From positions 59,043 to 123,042 of the forward strand of contig DATKMJ010000018.1 of assembly GCA_035541935.1 (NCBI GenBank): a DNA stretch of 64,000 nt, in the 5' to 3' direction. Every line of letters starts with the position of its first letter. The stretch's first letter is position 1. The DNA comes from Candidatus Binatia bacterium (GTDB lineage: Bacteria > Vulcanimicrobiota > Vulcanimicrobiia > Vulcanimicrobiales > Vulcanimicrobiaceae). This document shows, piece after piece, positions 19,087-27,417 of the stretch. Position numbers and translations under genes: made by a program. Under the pieces are notes generated by a model. It searched no databases and was not told where the DNA came from. It saw only the letters and a list, made by a program, of their open reading frames with translations.

Positions 19087-19240
19087 CGTCCTTTCGGCTG
19101 AACTCGCCATGCGAGCTCGCTTACAATCGTAGGGACGAAGGTCCAAAGCACGTCGACCCGACGCCGCCAAGCGGCGCGGTGGAGGTCGTAAGACGCAGTT
19201 GATTCACGAAGGCCTCCTTATATGACGTAAGAGTGAGTTG
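19053..19240 (-). ncRNA. candidate structured leader or small RNA (about 190 nt) with an embedded 28-codon sORF
   Basis: Bounded by a near-consensus promoter and an intrinsic terminator. Three mutually exclusive helices share the segment 19078..19091. AAGGAGG (19213..19219) and GTG (19205..19207) open an sORF ending at TAA 19121..19123. Confidence 0.35.
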
Positions 19241-19246
19241 CACGAC

Positions 19247-19276
19247 ACTTTATCATGCCCGCTAACGCCCTGTCAA
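19247..19276 (-). promoter_or_regulatory. sigma70-like promoter (TTGACA-18 nt-TAAAGT)
   Basis: Read on the minus strand: -35 TTGACA at 19276..19271 and -10 TAAAGT at 19252..19247. Confidence 0.45.
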
Positions 19277-19346
19277 ACCGTTGCGGAAGGGCTGCCGGCG
19301 GCGGCTGCGAATCTTCGCACCTTCTCCATGCGCCGCGGCGCGCGAC

Positions 19347-19421
19347 GGGCGGTTAGCTCAGTGGGAGAGCGCTTCCTTGACACGGAAGAGGTCACATGTT
19401 CAATCCATGTACCGCCCACCA
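19347..19421 (+). tRNA. tRNA-Val (GAC)
   Basis: Hand-folded. Anticodon arm CTTCC-TTGACAC-GGAAG, T-arm ACATG-TTCAATC-CATGT, encoded CCA. Confidence 0.93.
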
Positions 19422-19427
19422 TATGAA

Positions 19428-19467
19428 AGGCCCAGTAAAAATAAGGCGACACGGGCCTCTTTTATTT
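19428..19467 (+). terminator. possible terminator after tRNA-Val
   Basis: AGGCCC...GGGCCT stem followed by CTTTTATTT. The 19-nt loop is large, so this call is weak. Confidence 0.3.
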
Positions 19468-19543
19468 CCTGCGGGCGGGTCGATTTTGGGCAGTTCATGC
19501 CCGACCGCAGCGCGTCGCCATATCCACGAGGTGGTAGGGAGAT

Positions 19544-19744
19544 TTGACGCACGATGTCGGCGCTCCATCGTTCGTCCGGATGCGCGACGACGGAAGCACA
19601 GAGATGGAAGTGGCCCGACGAAGCCTGACGAAAACCCCCGGCGTGGGCAGAATGGCTTTCGCGGTTGTCTTCTGGGTCATCGTGGCCGGGCTCTTCTATG
19701 AGTTCTGGTACTGGGCCACCTACTCGCGCCTGTGGATGCCGTAG
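19544..19744 (+). CDS. possible small membrane peptide (internal ATGs at 19604 and 19652)
   Basis: The C-terminal 30 aa, MAFAVVFWVIVAGLFYEFWYWATYSRLWMP, form one hydrophobic helix. The ORF lies between the tRNA-Val gene and the repeat of its 3' end. No clear SD. Confidence 0.2.
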   Translation: MTHDVGAPSFVRMRDDGSTEMEVARRSLTKTPGVGRMAFAVVFWVIVAGLFYEFWYWATYSRLWMP

Positions 19745-19759
19745 GTTGGTGCAAACCCG

Positions 19760-19774
19760 TGTACCGCCCACCAT
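19760..19774 (+). repeat. 15-nt exact direct repeat of the tRNA-Val(GAC) 3' end (att-like scar)
   Basis: TGTACCGCCCACCAT occurs at 19408..19422 (tRNA 3' end) and again at 19760..19774. The upstream bases (AGGT...CAA..CC) still resemble the T-arm. Confidence 0.6.
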
Positions 19775-19996
19775 CGAAGTCGTATGTCGAGATCGGGTAG
19801 CGATCTTCTCGTGAGCTGGAGGCACGGGCGGCTGCTGCCCGCCGAGTTCGGGCCGGATGCAATCCCTCGCTAACCGTAGATTCGCAGATCGCCGAGCTCT
19901 ACGAGTTCTTCGCCCCGAACGCCGAAAAGGATGACCTCGACGCCGCCAACCGGGCTGCGAGGGAGCCCTGAGGCGCGGCCTGAATAGGGGCAGGTT

Positions 19997-21448
19997 GTGA
20001 AAACCCTATTCCTGAGCCCGCCTTCCTTTGATGGTTTCGACGGCGGCGCCGGCGCGAGATATCAGGCGAAGCGCGAGGTGACCTCATTCTGGTACCCGAC
20101 GTGGCTGGCGCAGCCCGCCGCGCTCGTCCCGGACAGCACGCTGGTCGATGCGGCGCCCCATCAGCAGACGATCGACGACGTCTTGGCGATCGCGAAAAAG
20201 CACGAGCTCGTGATCATGCACACGAGCACGCCCTCGCTCCCGAACGACGTCGAGTGCGCGCGGCGGCTCAAGGCGCAGAATCCCAAGCTCAAGGTCGGCT
20301 TCATCGGCGCGCACGTCGCCGTGCTTCCCGAGCAGACGCTGCGGGATAACCCGATCATCGACTTCGTCTGCCGGAACGAATTCGATTACACGTGCAAGGA
20401 GCTCGCCGAGGGGCGGCCTTGGAACGAGATCGTCGGGCTCTCGTATCGCGACGAGAACGGCGAGATCCATCACAACGAGGAGCGGCCGCAGATCCACGAC
20501 TGGGACGCAATGCCGAGCGTGTTGCCGATCTACGCGAAGTTCCTCGACATCACGAAGTATTACAACGGCTATCTTCTTCATCCGTACGTCTCGTGGTACA
20601 CCGGCCGGGGCTGCACCGCGAAGTGCACGTTCTGTCTCTGGCCGCAGACGATCGGCGGGCACGTCTTCCGTCACAAGAGCCCCGAGGCGGTCGGCCGCGA
20701 TCTCGACGAGGCCAACGCGATTTTCGGATCGTCGGTGCGCGAGTACATGTTCGACGACGACACGCTGACGAACGAGAAAGCCTACGCGATCGAACTCAGC
20801 AAGCACATGAAGCGCCTGAACCTGAGTTGGGCCTGCAACGCCCGCGCCCACGTTGATTACGACACGCTGAAGATCCTGCGCGACAACAACCTACGGGTTC
20901 TGCTCGTCGGTTTTGAATCGGGCAACCAAGAGATTCTCTACCGCATCAAAAAGGGTCTCAAGCTCGAGATGGCGCGCGAGTTCATGAAGAACTGCCACAA
21001 GCTCGGCATCAAGGTGCACGGCACGTTCATCATCGGGTTGCCGGTGGATACGCCGGAGACCGTTCGCGAGACGATCGAGTTTGCCAAGGAACTCGACCCG
21101 CACACGATTCAGGTCTCGATCGCATCACCGTACCCGGGAACGGAACTCTACAGCCAAGCGATGGAAAACGGCTGGTTCGCCCGCGACGACTTGGTCTCCG
21201 GAAAGGGCCATCAGACCTCGACGCTGCGCTACGATACGCTCTCCACGGCTGAGATCGAAGACTCCGTGGAGCGGATGTACCGCGAGTTCTACTTCCGCCC
21301 GAAGAAGATCGCGAAAATCGTCGCGGAGATGGTCACGAGCCGCCAGATGATGGTGCGCCGGCTCCGAGAAGGCGGCGAGTTCTTCAGTTACCTGCGCGCT
21401 CGGCGCGCGCAGGCTGGTCAGCGCCGGGTCGAAGCCGCAGCGACGTAG
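19997..21448 (+). CDS. hpnJ: hopanoid-biosynthesis-associated B12-binding radical SAM protein HpnJ
   Basis: GTG start. The N-terminus KTLFLSPPSFDGFDGGAGARYQAKREVTSFWYPTWLAQPAAL is characteristic of HpnJ. Radical SAM motif CTAKCTFC (CxxxCxxC). Confidence 0.85.
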   Translation: MKTLFLSPPSFDGFDGGAGARYQAKREVTSFWYPTWLAQPAALVPDSTLVDAAPHQQTIDDVLAIAKKHELVIMHTSTPSLPNDVECARRLKAQNPKLKVGFIGAHVAVLPEQTLRDNPIIDFVCRNEFDYTCKELAEGRPWNEIVGLSYRDENGEIHHNEERPQIHDWDAMPSVLPIYAKFLDITKYYNGYLLHPYVSWYTGRGCTAKCTFCLWPQTIGGHVFRHKSPEAVGRDLDEANAIFGSSVREYMFDDDTLTNEKAYAIELSKHMKRLNLSWACNARAHVDYDTLKILRDNNLRVLLVGFESGNQEILYRIKKGLKLEMAREFMKNCHKLGIKVHGTFIIGLPVDTPETVRETIEFAKELDPHTIQVSIASPYPGTELYSQAMENGWFARDDLVSGKGHQTSTLRYDTLSTAEIEDSVERMYREFYFRPKKIAKIVAEMVTSRQMMVRRLREGGEFFSYLRARRAQAGQRRVEAAAT

Positions 21449-22586
21449 CCGACGCCAGGGTCTCGTCGAGCATGTTGCGCTGAAAGGCGACCATGTCGGC
21501 GACGTGCGGGAACCGCGGGTCGGTTCGCATCCCCGTCAGACGATAGTTGCCGTCGTCGCCGAGCAGCGTGCCCCGCTTCCGTAGCGAGGAGAGCGCCCTC
21601 GCGACCATCTCGAGCGGCCTCTCCTTCAGTTCGGGGTCGACGAAGACGTCCTCCGGCAGCGCGTCGATCCGCGCGCGTATTGCGCGCACGGCGTCCTCTG
21701 CAGCGAACGTTCCGTCGCGGTCGAACAAGAACTCGCCGAGCAGCGCCGAGGTCGTGATCGGCCGCGCCGCGGCGAGCCGCGCGCCGACCTCCCCGGAGCC
21801 GGTGTCGCGGAGCACGCGATAGAGCATCGAGAGCCTGCCGCCCTGGAATGGGTCGTACGCAACCGCGCAGAGCCAAATGTCCGCAAACGGTGCGAGCGCG
21901 TCGACGATGCCGCCGCGCATCGGATGCATGCGGCCGTCCTCGCTAAAATCGCCTTCCGGGGTAACGTAGAACGTCGCGCCGCCGCGGACTCGCTCCACGA
22001 TGGCCGCGACGTCGCTCTTTGTGACCGCGCGAAGATTCTCGACGACTTCGCGCCGGTACGGCTGGTTGAGACGGGTCAACTTCACCCATTCCTGGGCCGC
22101 CTTGAAATTCTCGAGCTTCCACAGGTCGCTCAGCATGCGGCCCCCCAGCCCAAGCCGCGCGACCTCCTCGGCCGGTAGGACCGTCTCCAGCGGAAGATCG
22201 CCGTGCGCGGCGCGCAACTCCTCGGCCAGGCTGATCAACGGACGCGAAAAGAGATGATTTTCGATCGGCAACACGCCGTAGCGCGCCCACAGGCCGCTGA
22301 GATTCAAGCGGCGCGTGAAGCGCGCGGTCCAGGGCAGGCGTGCCGCGATGAAACCGGTCTCGAACGTTCGGCGCGAGTTGCACATGAGCAACGGCTTCCA
22401 AGGATGGCGCAGAAACGTCCGGGCCGTGATAATCTCGCCCTCGTCCATGTATTGATGATTGGTTACGAGCACGGTCGCGCCGCGTTTTGCCGGCAGATGA
22501 CCCCACTGGCGGACGCGCGTCGTCAATTGTATATACGGGTAGCGCACCGCATACGTCGTCGCCAAGAGCGCCCAACTCTGCTTCAT
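21384..22586 (-). CDS. PlsC-family acyltransferase-like protein with an uncharacterised C-terminal domain
   Basis: Start set at MKQSWALLATTY; the ATG overlaps the MFS stop (ATGA at 22583..22586). VTNHQYMDEGE and YVTPEGDFS resemble acyltransferase motifs I and III. The upstream 259 aa of the ORF-track ORF are Arg-rich and overlap the MFS gene. Confidence 0.65.
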   Translation of the reverse strand: MKQSWALLATTYAVRYPYIQLTTRVRQWGHLPAKRGATVLVTNHQYMDEGEIITARTFLRHPWKPLLMCNSRRTFETGFIAARLPWTARFTRRLNLSGLWARYGVLPIENHLFSRPLISLAEELRAAHGDLPLETVLPAEEVARLGLGGRMLSDLWKLENFKAAQEWVKLTRLNQPYRREVVENLRAVTKSDVAAIVERVRGGATFYVTPEGDFSEDGRMHPMRGGIVDALAPFADIWLCAVAYDPFQGGRLSMLYRVLRDTGSGEVGARLAAARPITTSALLGEFLFDRDGTFAAEDAVRAIRARIDALPEDVFVDPELKERPLEMVARALSSLRKRGTLLGDDGNYRLTGMRTDPRFPHVADMVAFQRNMLDETLASATSLRLRPGADQPARAERAGN

Positions 22587-23743
22587 CGGGGGACCGCTTT
22601 CGGCTTGTGCGTCGCGAGCACCGTCAGCGATCCTAATAGAAAGCACGCGCCCGCGCTGGCAAAGAGCAAGCGGTACCCGGCGCTCGCGTTCGGCGCACCG
22701 GTAATGATCGCTGCGCCGATCGCCGGCGCGACGACCATCGGCAAGTTGGAGAGCGTCCCCCATATACCGAGATCGCGCGCGACGTCTCCCAGCTCGGGAA
22801 CCGAATCGAGCGCGAGCGCCCATCCGACCGAGAATACGCCTCCGTACCCGAGACCGAAGAGCAGCGACCATACGAAGACGATGTGCGGGTCGGGAATTAA
22901 TGCGAAGCCGAGCGCGGCCGCCGTCATCGGAAGCCCCGAGAGAAAGACGGTCAGGCGTCGATCGAGCCGGTCGGAGACGATGCCGACCACGACGCTCGAT
23001 ACGACGGCGCCGAGCATGGCGGCGCCCGCGACGAGCCCCGTGCTTGCCGATGCGTTCGTGATTCCCAGCACGTCGTGGAAGAAATAGAGCACGTAGGTCG
23101 TGAGCAACGTCATTCCCAAGACGATCCAGGCGCGGGCGATCAACGTGACGATGAGATCGTGACGATCGCGCACGTGCGCCCGCTCGCGCGGTGCGCCGGC
23201 CGGCGGCGAAGCCGGCACGAAGAGCAGCGTGAGCGCGCTCCCGACGACGCCGGCCATCGCTCCCAAGAGCGCTCGATGCGGCGGCAACAGCGCCCCGAGC
23301 AGCAATCCGATGATCGTTCCGACGAGCGTCATCGCGCCGCGATACCCGGCGGCGGCTCCCCAAAACCTCCGCGGAACGATCTCCGGCAGAAGCACTTGGT
23401 AGATCACCGAGCCGCTAACGACCGCGGTCATCGCGGCGACGGCCGTGACGCCGAGTCCGAAGGCCGACCGGACGTAGTACATCGCGAGAAGCGCGATTGC
23501 GTCCACCGCCAGAACCAACCCGGTTTGGATGCGGCGGTCGCCGCCCTCTCGTCGCAGGCGGTCCGAGATGGCTCCGGCAAACGGCGGCACGACGGCCGTG
23601 CCGATCGCCACCGCCGTAGATATCGCGGCGAGGACCTTCGTGTGATTGTCCGGCGCGATCTGCAGCAAAAGCGCCGGCACGATGATAGCCATCAGTGCCG
23701 CGTCTTGAAAGTGGATGCCGACCCATAGCGCGTTGATCGCCAT
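22583..23743 (-). CDS. MFS transporter
   Basis: Start set at MAINALWVGIHF. About 12 TM segments with an MFS-like GAISDRLRR loop. Confidence 0.8.
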   Translation of the reverse strand: MAINALWVGIHFQDAALMAIIVPALLLQIAPDNHTKVLAAISTAVAIGTAVVPPFAGAISDRLRREGGDRRIQTGLVLAVDAIALLAMYYVRSAFGLGVTAVAAMTAVVSGSVIYQVLLPEIVPRRFWGAAAGYRGAMTLVGTIIGLLLGALLPPHRALLGAMAGVVGSALTLLFVPASPPAGAPRERAHVRDRHDLIVTLIARAWIVLGMTLLTTYVLYFFHDVLGITNASASTGLVAGAAMLGAVVSSVVVGIVSDRLDRRLTVFLSGLPMTAAALGFALIPDPHIVFVWSLLFGLGYGGVFSVGWALALDSVPELGDVARDLGIWGTLSNLPMVVAPAIGAAIITGAPNASAGYRLLFASAGACFLLGSLTVLATHKPKAVPR

Positions 23744-23845
23744 GTGATCGCGGTTTCTAAATCGTTCCTCTGCCAACTCGCAACGCCTGTTCTTCGCACG
23801 CATAGGCAAGGCCCGCTTCCGAGAGTCAGCGAACCGTCCCGCAAA

Positions 23846-24991
23846 ATGTTTGCGCACTTCCTGGCGGCTGCCTTCGGGGTCGTCACCGTCGCCGCGATCG
23901 CCTATACGTGCATCGCGACGGTTTGCATCGCCCGCTTCGGGCGCGAGCCGGAGCAGGCCGGCCTCGACCGACCGCCGCCGGTCACGCTGCTCGTGCCGCT
24001 GCACGGAGCCGAGTACGAACTCGAGGAGAATCTGCTCTCGTTTGCCTTACAGGACTATCCGGAGTGCCAGCTCGTTCTCGGCGTCGCCCGCGAGGACGAT
24101 GCCGCGCTCGCCATCGCGCGGCGCGTTGCGGCCGCGCTGCCGGATCGCGATATCGAAATCGACATCGGCGAAGTTCCCGGCGCTCGCAATCCAAAGATCG
24201 CAAACGTGCTCTCGATGATGAAGAAGGTTCGTCACGACGTCTTGATTCTCGCCGATAGCGATACGCGCGTTACGCCGGCGTACGTTCGCTCCGTCACGGC
24301 CCCGTTGCACGACGAGAGCGTCGGGGTCGTCACCTGCCTGTTCGCCGGCGTCCCGGCCGGCACGCTCCCCTCGAAGCTCGGCGCGATGTTCATGACCGAG
24401 CAGTTCATACCGTCGGTGCTCGTGAACCGGCTCTTTCGCTTCCCGAAGCACTGCCTCGGCCCGACGAACGCGCTCCGCGCGGAGACGCTCGCCGCGATCG
24501 GCGGCTTCGAGGCGCTCGCCCCGCACCTCGCCGACGACTACATGCTCGGCAACTTCGCAGCGGCTCTCGGCCGCAGCGTGGAGATTTCGCGTTACGTCAT
24601 CCACACGATCGTTTCGGACCCGACCCTTTCGGCGCTCTGGAAGCACGAGCTGCGCTGGCACCGCACGATCCGCGGCGTGCAGCCCGCCGGCTACGCCGGC
24701 ATGTTTCTGACGTATCCCCTGCCGCTCGCGCTCCTGACGCTCGCCCTCGCGCCGCGCGCGGCGACGCTCGCACTGCTCGTTGTCGCCGCGCTGGCCCGGA
24801 TCGTCTTGCAGCGCGTCTCGGCCCGCGCGCTGCGCGTTGCGCCGGCGTCGGTTTGGCTCGTGCTTCCCCGCGATCTGTTCGGCATCTCGGTCTGGGCGTG
24901 CGGCCTCGCCGGCCGCGCCGTGCGGTGGCGCGACGCCGATCTCACGATCGAGGCCGGCGACCTCCTCGGAGAGCGTTCTGCGTCCCGCTGA
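23846..24991 (+). CDS. hpnI: hopanoid-associated family-2 glycosyltransferase HpnI (ceramide-glucosyltransferase-like)
   Basis: Start set at MFAHFLAAAFGVV. Motifs ILADSDTRV (DxD) and HELRWHRT (QxxRW-like), plus C-terminal TM helices. Confidence 0.78.
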   Translation: MFAHFLAAAFGVVTVAAIAYTCIATVCIARFGREPEQAGLDRPPPVTLLVPLHGAEYELEENLLSFALQDYPECQLVLGVAREDDAALAIARRVAAALPDRDIEIDIGEVPGARNPKIANVLSMMKKVRHDVLILADSDTRVTPAYVRSVTAPLHDESVGVVTCLFAGVPAGTLPSKLGAMFMTEQFIPSVLVNRLFRFPKHCLGPTNALRAETLAAIGGFEALAPHLADDYMLGNFAAALGRSVEISRYVIHTIVSDPTLSALWKHELRWHRTIRGVQPAGYAGMFLTYPLPLALLTLALAPRAATLALLVVAALARIVLQRVSARALRVAPASVWLVLPRDLFGISVWACGLAGRAVRWRDADLTIEAGDLLGERSASR

Positions 24992-25050
24992 TGCCGCACG
25001 AGGTCGCACGGGAAGGGTCCGCACCCCGTCCTTCACAAAGAAGAGCCGGC

Positions 25051-25554
25051 GTGAAGCGTTCCGTCCTCTTCGTATGCGTGCGTAACTCCGCCAGAAGATT
25101 TGCAGTTTGCGCGGCCGCCGTGCTGGTCGCATCGTCGTCCGCTCCGGTTGCGGCGCAAGATCATCCGGTTCTCACCGCCTCGGCGTTCAACACGACCGTC
25201 TACTATCAATACACGTGCTCGCGCAATATCTTCCACATCGCGATCGGCGCGGTGAGCCAGGTCGCCACCGGCGGCGAGAAGGTTGTCTACTGGGAGATCT
25301 CCGCGCCCGGTCAGGCGCAGCAGAACGGGGTCGAGGAGGTCGCCGTCCTCAACACGATGCCGGTGCAACCCGTCGGCACCGCCACCGCCGAACACGGATT
25401 CCCTCCCGGCAGCATCGCCGTGAAAGTCTATCGGCCCTGTTCGCAACAGAGCCTCTACGTCTGGCCGGCGAGCACCGAACAATTGGTCGAGGGCTCCACC
25501 GATATCATCGTCTACTTTGCGAAGGCGCTCGAACTGCCGCTGACGCAGCCCTAA
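25051..25554 (+). CDS. secreted hypothetical protein
   Basis: GTG start gives a signal peptide (KRSVLFVCV...AAVLVASSSAPVAAQ). No recognisable domain. Confidence 0.45.
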   Translation: MKRSVLFVCVRNSARRFAVCAAAVLVASSSAPVAAQDHPVLTASAFNTTVYYQYTCSRNIFHIAIGAVSQVATGGEKVVYWEISAPGQAQQNGVEEVAVLNTMPVQPVGTATAEHGFPPGSIAVKVYRPCSQQSLYVWPASTEQLVEGSTDIIVYFAKALELPLTQP

Positions 25555-25606
25555 TTCGAGCAAGATTCGAAAGGCGCGTTCGAGCGCGCGGCGCTACGAT
25601 AGCCCC

Positions 25607-26488
25607 ATGAACGCATCGAACGACGGCGCCGCAATCGCCGAAATCTGCCGGTATATCGAGAGCCACAGCGACGAAAGGCTCTCGCTCGACCGGCTCGCGG
25701 CGATCGCCGCCATGAGCAAGTTCCACTTCGCGCGCCGCTTTAAAGCGATCGTCGGCGTAACGCCGCGCGAGTACGCCGCCGAGCAGCGCAGCCGCCGCTT
25801 CAAGGCCGGCTTAAAGGCCGGTTCCGGCGTGGATGCCTCTCTTTACGACGCGGGATACGGCTCCGCCGCTCGCGCTTACGCGAGCGCCGCGCGCAACCTC
25901 GGGATGACGCCGACGCAATACCGGCGCGCCGGCGAAGGCGTCGCGATCTCGTACGCAACGCTCGAGACGCCGGCGGGTCTCATGATGATTGGCGCGACCG
26001 ATCGCGGCATCTGCTTCGCTGCGTTCGGAGATTCAGTCGCCGAACTCGAGCAACGATTGCGAGCGGAGTATCCGAAGGCCGAAATCGCCCCGATGGGCGC
26101 GCCGGAGCATCCGGACTTCGCGATTTGGGTCGCTGCGATGCGAAAGCGCATCGAAGGCGAACGCGACGACGGGGCGCTGCCGCTCGACATCCGGGCCACC
26201 GCATTTCAGGTGCGCGTTTGGAAGCATCTGCTGACGATTCCGTACGGCGAGGTGCGATCGTATCGAGAGATCGCGCGCGCGATCGGCGAGCCGCGCGCGG
26301 CGCGCGCGGTCGCGAATGCCTGCGCGTCAAACCGCGCGGCGGTCGTGATTCCCTGCCATCGCGTGATTCGCGAGTCCGGCGATCTCGGCGGTTATCGCTG
26401 GGGGCTCGAACGCAAACGCGCCCTACTCGATTACGAGCGCGGGCGCAAGCCGGCGGCGAAGCTGACCGCCGCTCCCAAGGGCGCATAG
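25607..26488 (+). CDS. AraC-HTH / methylated-DNA-protein-cysteine methyltransferase fusion (Ada/Ogt-type)
   Basis: AraC-type HTH (MSKFHFARRFKAIVGVTPREY) followed by an MGMT domain with the PCHRVI active site. Confidence 0.85.
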   Translation: MNASNDGAAIAEICRYIESHSDERLSLDRLAAIAAMSKFHFARRFKAIVGVTPREYAAEQRSRRFKAGLKAGSGVDASLYDAGYGSAARAYASAARNLGMTPTQYRRAGEGVAISYATLETPAGLMMIGATDRGICFAAFGDSVAELEQRLRAEYPKAEIAPMGAPEHPDFAIWVAAMRKRIEGERDDGALPLDIRATAFQVRVWKHLLTIPYGEVRSYREIARAIGEPRAARAVANACASNRAAVVIPCHRVIRESGDLGGYRWGLERKRALLDYERGRKPAAKLTAAPKGA

Positions 26489-27381
26489 AGACCGCCGATC
26501 GTTTTGAGCGGCGATCCGCCGGCGGGGTACGCCCAGATGCCGACGTCGCCGACGGCGGCATCCGGGCCGATCACCTTGCCGCCCGCGATCCAGAACTGGA
26601 AGACTTCGGTGGCGCCGCCGAGGACGGTCGACCCCGTCTTCTTCCCTTTCTTTCCGCCGATCGCGAACTGATAGATGGTGTTCGTGGATTGATCGCCGAC
26701 CGCGACGTACTTGCCGTCCCACTCGACGCCGCCGGCGCTTCCGATGCTCTGGTCGAGCGTCACGTTCGTCAGCGCCGAGCCGCCTTTGGCTAGCTCCGCA
26801 AACGCGAACGAACTCCCCTGCGTCAGACCGTCCACGAAGAGATTCCCTTTGTCGTCGTAGCCGCAGAGCAGCATTTGGAAGAGTTTCGCGTTCGTGTAAC
26901 GCGCCGTCGGGCGCCCCTTACCCGCCTTGTAGATGACGAGATCTCCCCGCGTGCTGCTGTTGGTCGAGAAGTTCGTCACCGCGATATCGCCGGTCGTCGG
27001 ATCGACCGAACAACCGACGGGAAAGTAGCCGTTGTCCTTCAACGCGGCGATCGGCGTCGTGCCGCCGTGGGCATACTCGAGGACGTTGCTGCCGCCGGTA
27101 TTGGCGATGTAGACGTTCCCCGCGTCGTCGACGCACTCGCCCGCCGGCTCGTAGAAGCCGCTCAAGGTCTGCACGAGTTTCCCCTTGGGATACGAGTAGA
27201 CGTAGACCTCGTTCGATACGGTGTCGGACACGTAGAGCAGGCCAGCGCTCTTGGCGGGACGATCGTCTGCGGCCGACTGCGGCAACGCCGGCGACTGGGG
27301 AAGCGAGCCGCCGCACCCGGCCAAGAGGGCCGCCGCGGCGCAGAGGCTGACTCCCCGTCGTGCAAAGGCTGAAAGGGTCAT
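26431..27381 (-). CDS. beta-propeller lipoprotein, family A (paralog of 34451..35368)
   Basis: Lipobox LLAGC. Repeated strand motifs include LLYVSDTVSNEVYVYSYPKGKLV and WDGKYVAVGD. Confidence 0.7.
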   Translation of the reverse strand: MTLSAFARRGVSLCAAAALLAGCGGSLPQSPALPQSAADDRPAKSAGLLYVSDTVSNEVYVYSYPKGKLVQTLSGFYEPAGECVDDAGNVYIANTGGSNVLEYAHGGTTPIAALKDNGYFPVGCSVDPTTGDIAVTNFSTNSSTRGDLVIYKAGKGRPTARYTNAKLFQMLLCGYDDKGNLFVDGLTQGSSFAFAELAKGGSALTNVTLDQSIGSAGGVEWDGKYVAVGDQSTNTIYQFAIGGKKGKKTGSTVLGGATEVFQFWIAGGKVIGPDAAVGDVGIWAYPAGGSPLKTIGGLYAPLGAAVSFAAGLRPRS

Positions 27382-27417
27382 CGCTATCTCTTCCCCATTC
27401 GTGTAGCGGTTCCGGCG

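Noticed and set aside
19053-19240. Assignment of the structured RNA to a known riboswitch class (c-di-GMP, ZTP, guanidine, fluoride, Mn, SRP or 6S considered)
   Set aside because: None of the conserved core sequences I remember for those families is present. I leave it unclassified.
19741-19774. Possible second tRNA gene downstream of tRNA-Val
   Set aside because: Only the 3' acceptor/CCA side and a degenerate T-arm are present. There is no 5' half, D-arm or anticodon arm, so I treat it as an att-like repeat.
19775-19996. Integrase or mobile-element remnant next to the att-like repeat
   Set aside because: The open frames here are short (for example ...DSQIAELYEFFAPNAEKDDLDAANRAAREP) and show no recombinase motif I can recognise. 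I cannot support a mobile-element call.
22587-23363. N-terminal 259-aa extension of the acyltransferase ORF (track ORF 21384..23363)
   Set aside because: The extension is Arg-rich and fully overlaps the MFS transporter in another frame. The internal ATG at 22586 gives the classic ATGA stop/start overlap.
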